Positions 56,719-64,000 of a DNA stretch of 64,000 nt are shown piece after piece; positions within the stretch are counted from its first letter, which is position 1; each line of letters begins with the position of its first letter. The position numbers and the translations under genes were made by a program. The notes beneath the pieces were generated by a model that was not told the origin of the DNA, made no database searches, and saw only the letters and a list, made by a program, of their open reading frames with translations. This stretch comes from an uncultured Erysipelotrichaceae bacterium (lineage in GTDB: Bacteria; Bacillota_I; Bacilli_A; RFN20; CAG-826), in assembly GCA_900315885.1 (NCBI GenBank), contig ONAT01000004.1, positions 32,580-96,579 of the forward strand, given 5' to 3'.

Positions 56719-57843
56719 ATGATAGAAATTAAAGAAGTCAAAGGGCGTAGAATGTTAAAGCAATTCATTGAGTTCCCTGTAAAACTCTACAAAGATTGCC
56801 CATATTTTACTCCATATTTATATGAGGACGAATTAGCAAACTTAACACCAGGAAAGAATCCTGCTGCAAAGTATTGTGAATTTAAATTATTCTTAGCTTA
56901 TAAAGACAAAAAAATAGTTGGAAGAATATGTGGTATTATTAATCACTTTTCCAATGAAAAATATCATCAAAACCGCGTTAGATTCAATCGTATTGATATG
57001 ATTGATGACATAGAAGTAACAAAGGCTTTAATTAAAGCAGTAGAAGATTTTGGAAAAGAACAGGGACTTACTGAAATTAATGGCCCATTAGGATATTCTG
57101 ATCAAGACAAAGAAGGTATGCTTACCAAAGGATTTGATCAAATGAATATGTTCGTGACATTCTACACACATGAGTATTATGTTGAGCATATGAAACAATT
57201 AGGCTTTAAAGTTGATGCCAAATGGAATGAATACAAAATTATTATTCCAAAAGAAATTGACCCAAGAATTACTAAGATGTCACAATTTGTACAAAAGAAA
57301 TACAAATTCCATTTACAAAAAATCAAATCAAAACGCGAATTAAAACGTGATGTTATTATTGAAGTTCTAAAATTGACAAATGTTTGTTACGCAAATTTAT
57401 ATGGATATGTACCAATTGATGAAAAACAAATGATTCATCTTGCTGATCAATATATTCCATTAGTCAATCTCAATTATTTACAATTAGTTAGAGATGAAAA
57501 TGAGAAATTAGTGGCCTATGGTTTAATGATTCCTACCCCAGTTAATGCTTTAAAAAAGCACAAAGGACATCTATTCCCATTAGGATGGATTGATTTTTTA
57601 AAAGATTTAAAACATTCAAAGGTTCTTGATATGTTATTAGTCGCTGTTGACCCAAAATATCAATCTAGTGGTGTTATGGCAATAATTTTTGAAAAAGCTA
57701 TTTCAAACGCAATTAAAAATGGTATTACTCATGCGGAGACTGGACCAGAACTCGAATATAACGAAAACGTTCAATCTTTATGGAAAAACTTAGAAACTAT
57801 CAACCATAAAGAAAGAGTATGCTGGTTAAAACCAATTGAATAA
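56719..57843 (+). CDS. GNAT-like N-acetyltransferase family protein (tentative)
   Basis: 374 aa. The N-terminal MLKQFIEFPVKLYKDCPYFTPYLYED pattern and the C-terminal LLVAVDPKYQSSGVMAII acetyl-CoA-site-like segment resemble what I recall for this family. Confidence 0.5.
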   Translation: MIEIKEVKGRRMLKQFIEFPVKLYKDCPYFTPYLYEDELANLTPGKNPAAKYCEFKLFLAYKDKKIVGRICGIINHFSNEKYHQNRVRFNRIDMIDDIEVTKALIKAVEDFGKEQGLTEINGPLGYSDQDKEGMLTKGFDQMNMFVTFYTHEYYVEHMKQLGFKVDAKWNEYKIIIPKEIDPRITKMSQFVQKKYKFHLQKIKSKRELKRDVIIEVLKLTNVCYANLYGYVPIDEKQMIHLADQYIPLVNLNYLQLVRDENEKLVAYGLMIPTPVNALKKHKGHLFPLGWIDFLKDLKHSKVLDMLLVAVDPKYQSSGVMAIIFEKAISNAIKNGITHAETGPELEYNENVQSLWKNLETINHKERVCWLKPIE

Positions 57844-57856
57844 TTTAATAACTAAG

Positions 57857-57878
57857 AGGCAAATCGTTGCCTTTTTTT
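57857..57878 (+). terminator. Rho-independent terminator
   Basis: AGGCAA-ATCG-TTGCCT followed by TTTTTTT. Confidence 0.7.
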
Positions 57879-57925
57879 AGCACTTGACAACGAGAGTATA
57901 ATAGTTAAGAAAGTGAGATGATATT

Positions 57926-58810
57926 ATGCTAGAAGTTTTCTTAGATGCTTTAATAGATAGTCTTAAAGTTTTAGCAGTCATTTTCGTTTTTAATTTCATC
58001 TTTACTTTTTTCGAAAAAAGAATTGCAAAAAAGATTAACAATAAAAGTAAATTGAATCCTTTATTAGGAGCGTTGTTTGGACTTGTACCTGAATGTGGTT
58101 TTTCAGTAGTAGCTTCAGATTTGTATCTCAAAAATCATATTACGATGGGTACGTTAGTGGCAGTCTTTATTGCTTGTAGTGACGAAGCATTACCGATATT
58201 CTTATCTAATCCTAGTAAAATAATTATGATTTTGCCATTACTCGCTATTAAATTTGTTGTGGGATTTATTGTTGGATTTTTAGTAGATGTGTTTCTTGCC
58301 AAAGATAAGAAAGCTATAGAAGAGCACTATGAACACTGTGAACATGAAGAAATTGTTCATATAGGATGTTGCCATCATAATATTGAAGAAGAAGAAAACG
58401 AAAGCAAATTTCATGAATATGTTTTACATCCTCTTATTCATTCATTAAAACTATTTGTGTACGTATTAGTCATTAATATTGTCTTTGGAATGGCTGTGTA
58501 TTTTGTAAAAGAAGATAATATTGCAGCATTTTTAAAGCAAAGTAAGTATTTGACTCCTTTATTTTCCACACTTGTTGGACTAATACCTAATTGTGCAAGT
58601 TCTGTTGTTATTTCAAAACTTTATTTGGCTAATCAAATCAATTTTGGATCTTGTATTGCGGGTTTAATATGTAACGCGGGTTTAGGCTTTGTCTTCTTAT
58701 TTAAAGATAAAAAGAATATTAAAAATACAATGAAAATATTGCTTATTGTTATGTTTAGCGCACTTATTGTTGGTTACGCAATTAATCTAATATTTGGCTT
58801 TGGAGTATAA
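57926..58810 (+). CDS. Putative metal-ion permease (ArsP_2 / putative manganese transporter-like) with His/Cys-rich loop
   Basis: The motif pair GLVPECGFSVVASDLY and GLIPNCASSVVISKLY marks two homologous halves. The central loop is EEHYEHCEHEEIVHIGCCHHNIEEEE. Confidence 0.65.
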   Translation: MLEVFLDALIDSLKVLAVIFVFNFIFTFFEKRIAKKINNKSKLNPLLGALFGLVPECGFSVVASDLYLKNHITMGTLVAVFIACSDEALPIFLSNPSKIIMILPLLAIKFVVGFIVGFLVDVFLAKDKKAIEEHYEHCEHEEIVHIGCCHHNIEEEENESKFHEYVLHPLIHSLKLFVYVLVINIVFGMAVYFVKEDNIAAFLKQSKYLTPLFSTLVGLIPNCASSVVISKLYLANQINFGSCIAGLICNAGLGFVFLFKDKKNIKNTMKILLIVMFSALIVGYAINLIFGFGV

Positions 58811-58842
58811 GTTGTTATAGAATAATAAATGAGGTAGACAAA

Positions 58843-59022
58843 ATGAAAAAGTGTTTAGTTTTAATGATGATGTTATTAGTAAGTTGTAATGGAAATAGCA
58901 ATAGTACTAAAAATAGTGCAATAAGCATTAATCCTAATGAAATTACTAATTCCATATCAAAAAGTAATGATGATGAAGTAATTGAGGATAAGACTAGATT
59001 TGAAGCAAGTAAATCAGTGTAG
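58843..59022 (+). CDS. Lipoprotein signal-peptide half of an interrupted gene
   Basis: GAGGTAGA RBS. MKKCLVLMMMLLVSC lipobox. TAG 59020 is in frame with ORF 59032..59760. Confidence 0.5.
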   Translation: MKKCLVLMMMLLVSCNGNSNSTKNSAISINPNEITNSISKSNDDEVIEDKTRFEASKSV

Positions 59023-59031
59023 GGCTTTGAA

Positions 59032-59760
59032 ATGGGCATTGAATTACAAAAAGCAATCGGTGCGGATTTACCAAAGTTATCTAGTTTTCCTAGTGATAAA
59101 TTTAATGTTCAATATGGTTCTATGGACGGGAATACATATTGCCCATATGTTAATGTTTTTTATAAAGGTATTAATGTTGATTATACTAAAGATTATCAAA
59201 ATTTATTGAGCAAATATGGCTTTGTTTATAAAATAGCGGATGTTTATGATGGAGTCACTTGGATTGATTATACCAAGAGGAACTTTAACAATGATTTAAT
59301 TGAGGTACATTTTGCTTACTACGAAAGTGAAGGCTATTATTATTTTGATATTTATACGTATCTTTTAAATAATGGTGGAGGGATGAGAGTACCTGAACAA
59401 GGAGATATTGCGCTTTTGCCAAGTAATTTTACTTCAAGTTATGCTGATGCTGGGTTAATAAACATCGGAGATTATCAATTTAATTCTTATCAAACAATGA
59501 AGCAGGGCGATTATTTGCAAATGAAAAAAGGTGTGAATTCATTTATTGAAAACGTAACACCTATTAATAATCTCTATTCTCTTTATATTGATTATTTACA
59601 AGGTGAATTTGCTGTTTACATTGGAAATGAGAAGAATAATATGAAAGAAATAACTTCAACTCCATATGGCGTTTATCCATTAAATGGCGCAAAGTATTTC
59701 AAAATCACATTAAAGGGTAATACTGTAGCAAAAATATCATACATATACTTAAACTTTTAA
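59032..59760 (+). CDS. Mature-domain half of the interrupted lipoprotein gene
   Basis: Same frame as 58843..59022, separated only by TAG GGC TTT GAA. No SD of its own. Followed by terminator AACAAGC-AATT-GCTTGTT + T-run at 59763-59785. Confidence 0.5.
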   Translation: MGIELQKAIGADLPKLSSFPSDKFNVQYGSMDGNTYCPYVNVFYKGINVDYTKDYQNLLSKYGFVYKIADVYDGVTWIDYTKRNFNNDLIEVHFAYYESEGYYYFDIYTYLLNNGGGMRVPEQGDIALLPSNFTSSYADAGLINIGDYQFNSYQTMKQGDYLQMKKGVNSFIENVTPINNLYSLYIDYLQGEFAVYIGNEKNNMKEITSTPYGVYPLNGAKYFKITLKGNTVAKISYIYLNF

Positions 59761-59824
59761 AGAACAAGCAATTGCTTGTTTTTTATTTGTGTAAAATTAG
59801 TTATAATTTTAATGAAGGTCAAAG

Positions 59825-61018
59825 GTGATACTTGTGAAGATATTAATTGTTGGTGCAGGCGCAAGTGGATTGGTGCTTGCTATAAAACTAAAAATGAATA
59901 GACCTGAGTTAGATGTTTTAGTATTAGACAAAAATAATAAAGTAGGTAAAAAACTATTAATTACTGGAAATGGTAAGTGTAACATGGGAAATAGTGATTT
60001 CTCTAATCCTTTTTTGTATCGCAATAAGACTTTGACTGAATTGGTATTTAAAACTTATGGCTTTAATGCACAACAAGAATTTTTCAATAAATTAGGTGTT
60101 AAAACAAAGATGATGGGTAACTTATCTTACCCATATAGCGAATCTGCACGTACATTTGTTGATTATTTATATTTAGTAGCCTTGAAATATAATGTAAAAT
60201 TTTTATTTGAAGAAGAACTTATAGACTATAGTGGTTCAAATAATATTGTAGTTAAAACAAATAAGAACACTTATTATGTTGATAAATTAGTATTATCAAC
60301 AGGTGGCAAAACATATCAAAAAGTTGGTGGAAGTGAAGTAACGTTTAATCTACTAGCAAAGCACAATTATAAAATGTCTTCGTTACATCCTGGCTTATGT
60401 CCAGTTGTAGTTAAAGAAAAAGTTAAATCACTTGCAGGGGTTAGGGTTAAAGCAAATGTTAAACTATTTATAAATAATGCAGAAGTTTATGAAGAAAATG
60501 GCGAAGTATTATTTAAAGATGATGGCTTATCAGGAATTGTAATATTTAATATAGCTTCACTTATTGCAAGAAATTATCTAAATGAAACAAATATCAAAAT
60601 TGTTTTAGATTTATTTAAAGATCAAAGCAAAGATGAATTATTTAAAGAATTTAAAGCGCATAACACTGATATTAATTTGATGCGAGGATATTTCGTTAAT
60701 AGCGTAAGTGATTATATTTTAAAAAAGATTAATTTATCACTTGATCACAATACTTTTAAAGATTCAGAGATTATGTCTTTAGCAAATATTTGTAAAAACT
60801 TAACTTTTACATTTGATAAATTATATGACTTTGAAAATGCGCAAGTAACTATTGGTGGAGTTCAAAGCAATAATTTTGATGAGCATTTAATGTCTAAATT
60901 AGAAAATAATGTCTATTTTATTGGCGAAATTATTGATAACGATGGCTTATGTGGTGGTTACAATTTAATGTGGGCTTTTGGTAGTGCGCTTTATTTAGGA
61001 GATTTCTTATGCAAATAA
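59825..61018 (+). CDS. HI0933/BaiN-like FAD-dependent oxidoreductase
   Basis: VGAGASGL dinucleotide fold and LLITGNGKCN motif. The start may be GTG 59834. Confidence 0.8.
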   Translation: MILVKILIVGAGASGLVLAIKLKMNRPELDVLVLDKNNKVGKKLLITGNGKCNMGNSDFSNPFLYRNKTLTELVFKTYGFNAQQEFFNKLGVKTKMMGNLSYPYSESARTFVDYLYLVALKYNVKFLFEEELIDYSGSNNIVVKTNKNTYYVDKLVLSTGGKTYQKVGGSEVTFNLLAKHNYKMSSLHPGLCPVVVKEKVKSLAGVRVKANVKLFINNAEVYEENGEVLFKDDGLSGIVIFNIASLIARNYLNETNIKIVLDLFKDQSKDELFKEFKAHNTDINLMRGYFVNSVSDYILKKINLSLDHNTFKDSEIMSLANICKNLTFTFDKLYDFENAQVTIGGVQSNNFDEHLMSKLENNVYFIGEIIDNDGLCGGYNLMWAFGSALYLGDFLCK

Positions 61019-62589
61019 TCGTAAATAATGTGTTTTTATCTCTTAATGAAAAAGAAGATAATTTATATGCAAAAGTTTCAAAAATATTGCACCTTAAAGA
61101 GACAGATATTGCAAATATCCAAATAATAAAAAAAGCAGTCGATGCGCGTAAAAAGAATAATATTCTCTTTGTCTATAGTTTCTTAGTGGAGACAAAAAGA
61201 GATTTTAAAATTTTAAATAATAATGTTAAGATTTCTGATTTCAAAGAAACTATTGATATTTTGCCTATTAAAATGGCACATCGCCCAGTTATTGTTGGCT
61301 TTGGACCTGCGGGAATGTTTTTAGCCTTGTATTTAGCTAGAGCAGGCGCTAAACCAATTGTCTTAGAACGTGGCAAATCTATTGAAGATAGGGCAAAAGA
61401 TATAGAAGAATTTAGAAAAAATGCAACATTTTCAGAACATTCTAATGTATGCTTTGGCGAAGGTGGAGCGGGTGCATTTAGTGATGGAAAACTAAATACA
61501 GGCATTAAAGATTCAAGAATAAGATTTTGTTTAAGAGAATTTATTAAACATGGGGCGCCAGAAAATATTTTTTATGAAGCTCATCCACATATTGGAAGCG
61601 ACTATTTGAAAAAAGTTGTGAAAGCTTTTCGTGAAGAAATCATTTCTTTAGGTGGAGAAATTAGATTTTCTAATAAATTTATAGGTTTTTCCAAGCAAAA
61701 TGATGATATTTTTGTAGAAGTTGAAGATGATTATAATAAAAAATACACTATTACGACTAATGATTTAGTTTTGGCGATTGGCCATAGTGCACGAGATACA
61801 TATAAAATGCTTTATGAAAATAAAGTATCTATGAAACCTAAAGATTTCTCTATGGGTGTAAGAATTGAACATTTGCAAGAAGAAGTAAATAAATCACAAT
61901 ATGGAAAATTTTATAAAAATAAAGATCTACCAGTTGCTGATTATAAATTAGTGGTTCACTTACCAAACAATCGCACACTTTATTCCTTTTGTATGTGCCC
62001 AGGTGGTGAGGTTGTGGCTTCAAATAGTGAAAAAAACTCTATTGTCACAAATGGCATGAGTTATTTTAAAAGAGATTTAGAGAATGCAAATGCAGCATTA
62101 TTAGTTAATGTAAGAGTTGATGATTATTATACGGGGTCACCACTTGATGGAATGTATTTCCAAGAAGCAATTGAAAGAAAAGCGTTTAATGCTCAAAAAG
62201 CATATTACGCCCCTATTCAACGAGTGGATGATTTCTTAAAGCATAAAGTTTCTACGCAAATAGGAAGAGTAAAACCATCATATTTGCCAGGAGTGTATTT
62301 TGCAAATTTAGATGATATCTTACCTAGTTTTGTCTCTGAATCTTTGAGGTTAGGGATTCCGATGCTTGAACAAAAATTCCCGTTTTTTAAGGATGAGGCA
62401 GCGATTCTTACAGGGGTTGAAACTAGATCATCTAGTCCCATTGTTATAGCAAGAAACGAAAAAGGTGTTTGTAATATTGATGGTATTTATCCTTGTGGAG
62501 AAGGCGCCTCATACGCTGGAGGAATTATGTCCGCAGCGATTGATGGTTTAAGAATTGGTGAATTTATAAATAAAAAATATAATAAATAA
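61009..62589 (+). CDS. FAD-dependent protein (uncharacterised NAD(FAD)-utilising dehydrogenase family)
   Basis: VIVGFGPAGMFLALYLARAG dinucleotide fold, FCMCPGGEVV and CGEGASYAGGI motifs. 10-nt overlap with the previous flavoprotein gene. Confidence 0.75.
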   Translation: MQIIVNNVFLSLNEKEDNLYAKVSKILHLKETDIANIQIIKKAVDARKKNNILFVYSFLVETKRDFKILNNNVKISDFKETIDILPIKMAHRPVIVGFGPAGMFLALYLARAGAKPIVLERGKSIEDRAKDIEEFRKNATFSEHSNVCFGEGGAGAFSDGKLNTGIKDSRIRFCLREFIKHGAPENIFYEAHPHIGSDYLKKVVKAFREEIISLGGEIRFSNKFIGFSKQNDDIFVEVEDDYNKKYTITTNDLVLAIGHSARDTYKMLYENKVSMKPKDFSMGVRIEHLQEEVNKSQYGKFYKNKDLPVADYKLVVHLPNNRTLYSFCMCPGGEVVASNSEKNSIVTNGMSYFKRDLENANAALLVNVRVDDYYTGSPLDGMYFQEAIERKAFNAQKAYYAPIQRVDDFLKHKVSTQIGRVKPSYLPGVYFANLDDILPSFVSESLRLGIPMLEQKFPFFKDEAAILTGVETRSSSPIVIARNEKGVCNIDGIYPCGEGASYAGGIMSAAIDGLRIGEFINKKYNK

Positions 62590-62602
62590 AAGGAGAAAAC
62601 AT

Positions 62603-63619
62603 ATGAATCACGAAGTAAAAGAAGGACGCCTATTAGATGAAAATGGTGAGGTAATTGAAGCGGGATTTGCTTATTCTTTAGTAAAGGAATATAATCGCGA
62701 CCACATCAAAGCTAAAAAAAGTAGAATTAAAGAGTGGGACTATTATTACATTGGAAATGACGAATATGGAATAGCCTTAACTATTGATGATAATTCTTAT
62801 ATGGGTTTAGCAAGTGTTTCATTTTTGAACTTTAAAGAAAAATGGGAATGCACAAGAAGTGTTATTAAATGGTTCACAAATGGAAGTGTAAAGTTGCCAT
62901 CATCTTCAAAAATTGGCGATGTATCTTTAAAGGGTAAAGATTTTTCTTTAGAATTCTTTAATGATGGCAAGAAAAGACGTCTTGTCTGCGAAATGAAAAA
63001 TGTTAAAAAAGGCAAAGACTTTAGCTGTGATGTCACTCTTTTAGAAACTAATGAATCAAGTATGGTAATTGTGACACCATTTGATAAGCCAAAATATTTC
63101 TATTACAATCAAAAAATAAATTGTTTGAAAGCACAAGGACACGCTAAATTTGATAATAAAACTTATTCTTTAGATAATTGTTATGGCGTTTTGGATTGGG
63201 GGAGAGGTGTTTGGACATATAAAAACACTTGGTATTGGTCAAGTTTAAGTTCTGTTTCTGATGGTGTTAGAATTGGCTGGAATTTAGGCTATGGCTTTGG
63301 CAATACGAAAGCCGCAAGCGAAAATATGTTCTTCTATAATGATAAGGCATATAAACTTGATGATGTTAGCTTTAATATTCCTACTAAAGATGGTAAAGAT
63401 GACTTTATGAGCCCTTGGACTTTTACATCAAAAGATGGAAAGATTAATATGACATTTAGACCCATTATTGATAGATATTCTGGCACAGATGTCATTATTA
63501 TTAAGTCAATTCAACATCAAGTATTTGGCTTATTCTCCGGATATATTTATGCAGGTGAAGAAAAAATCGAATTTGAAAATCTTTTAGGTTTTGCAGAAAA
63601 AGTAAAAAATCATTGGTAA
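62603..63619 (+). CDS. DUF2804-like protein (recollection only)
   Basis: AAGGAGA RBS, 338 aa. KEWDYYYI and WYWSS patterns match what I recall for DUF2804. Confidence 0.5.
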   Translation: MNHEVKEGRLLDENGEVIEAGFAYSLVKEYNRDHIKAKKSRIKEWDYYYIGNDEYGIALTIDDNSYMGLASVSFLNFKEKWECTRSVIKWFTNGSVKLPSSSKIGDVSLKGKDFSLEFFNDGKKRRLVCEMKNVKKGKDFSCDVTLLETNESSMVIVTPFDKPKYFYYNQKINCLKAQGHAKFDNKTYSLDNCYGVLDWGRGVWTYKNTWYWSSLSSVSDGVRIGWNLGYGFGNTKAASENMFFYNDKAYKLDDVSFNIPTKDGKDDFMSPWTFTSKDGKINMTFRPIIDRYSGTDVIIIKSIQHQVFGLFSGYIYAGEEKIEFENLLGFAEKVKNHW

Positions 63620-63676
63620 TAAATTACTTTTAAAAGTTTTTAATTATATTTATAATTATTGAAAGGAGTGAAGCAA

Positions 63677-64000
63677 ATGAAAGTGTTGACATATTTTGTG
63701 TATTTTTTAAAAAATGCTTGGTTTGTTTTGCTATATAAATTATTTAAAATAAAGAAAAAATGCACACGATTCATGCATAAAAAGAATATTACTATTAATT
63801 ATAGTGATGACACTTTATATGAAATGATAATGTCAAATAAACCTTTTGCGGCGGTTAGATATGGTGCTGTAGAGTTATCTTGTATTAATAATTGGCAAAA
63901 GATTAATTTGGGCTTAAAGCGTAATTACAAAAAAAGTGTTAAATACTCTATGAAAAATAATGCAGGTTTCTTTCCTCCTGAAGATAAGTATTTAAAACAA
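63677..64000 (+). CDS. DUF1792/GT-D-like glycosyltransferase, 5' part (3' end outside window)
   Basis: AAAGGAG RBS, ATG 63677. The frame stays open to the end of the window (108 codons). PFAAVRYGAVELS resembles the R-x-GDGE region of DUF1792 proteins. Confidence 0.5.
   Translation, partial: MKVLTYFVYFLKNAWFVLLYKLFKIKKKCTRFMHKKNITINYSDDTLYEMIMSNKPFAAVRYGAVELSCINNWQKINLGLKRNYKKSVKYSMKNNAGFFPPEDKYLKQ

Noticed and set aside
57844-57925. Possible metal riboswitch (yybP-ykoY type) upstream of the His/Cys-rich permease.
   Set aside because: The intergenic region is only ~80 nt, most of it a terminator hairpin and promoter-like AT-rich sequence. That is too short and unstructured for that riboswitch.
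58815-59209. ORFs 58815..59039 (minus) and 58982..59209 (plus).
   Set aside because: They overlap the much better-supported interrupted lipoprotein frame (lipobox signal, RBS, 300-codon continuity) and have no start signals.

Overview
AT-rich, low-GC Bacillota-type chromosomal segment that uses the standard genetic code: TGA is a stop, and prfB is present with its classic +1 frameshift. Bases 1-32.7 kb are core housekeeping. They hold the tail of a surface-polysaccharide cluster (CapF-like, Cap5G/FnlC-type epimerase, ugd), an ABC exporter plus GtrA, and the conserved dnaX-ybaB-recR-tmk-holB-yaaT-rsmI block on the minus strand. They also hold prfA-prmC-tsaC-rpiB, comFA-comFC, a cold-shock gene, secA-prfB, an S41 peptidase, uvrB, a CDF transporter, secG-rnr and an M29 aminopeptidase. 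Bases ~32.8-46.7 kb are an accessory island with no integrase or transposase. It starts with a sigma-region-4-like HTH gene and a holin-like 3-TM gene, followed by a 2127-aa Rhs/YD-repeat polymorphic toxin. The toxin has no signal peptide, ends in a glycine-zipper C-terminal domain and is followed by an immunity candidate. The island also carries a two-gene Pycsar-type antiphage module (class III nucleotide cyclase + TM effector) preceded by a tightly coupled small TM ORF. Three paralogous 2-TM + PH-like small proteins are present (one broken by an in-frame TAA), along with several orphan small ORFs and decayed fragments. A ~190-bp direct repeat forms the upstream region of two cassettes. Six same-orientation copies of a 19-bp palindrome, TGTCTTTT-N3-AAAAGACA, sit at the island borders and between modules; three of them lie in the leader of the flanking P-type ATPase gene. 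Bases 46.7-64 kb hold a P-type cation ATPase, a MATE exporter, and a minus-strand ABC importer operon whose start codon abuts a 5'-truncated class II aldolase gene. They also hold an RDD protein, a GNAT-like protein, a His/Cys-rich metal permease and a lipoprotein gene broken by an in-frame TAG. Two flavoproteins, a DUF2804-like protein and the start of a DUF1792-like glycosyltransferase complete this part. I recognised no rRNA, tRNA, CRISPR array or IS element. All family assignments are from reading the translations by eye and need HMM/BLAST confirmation.
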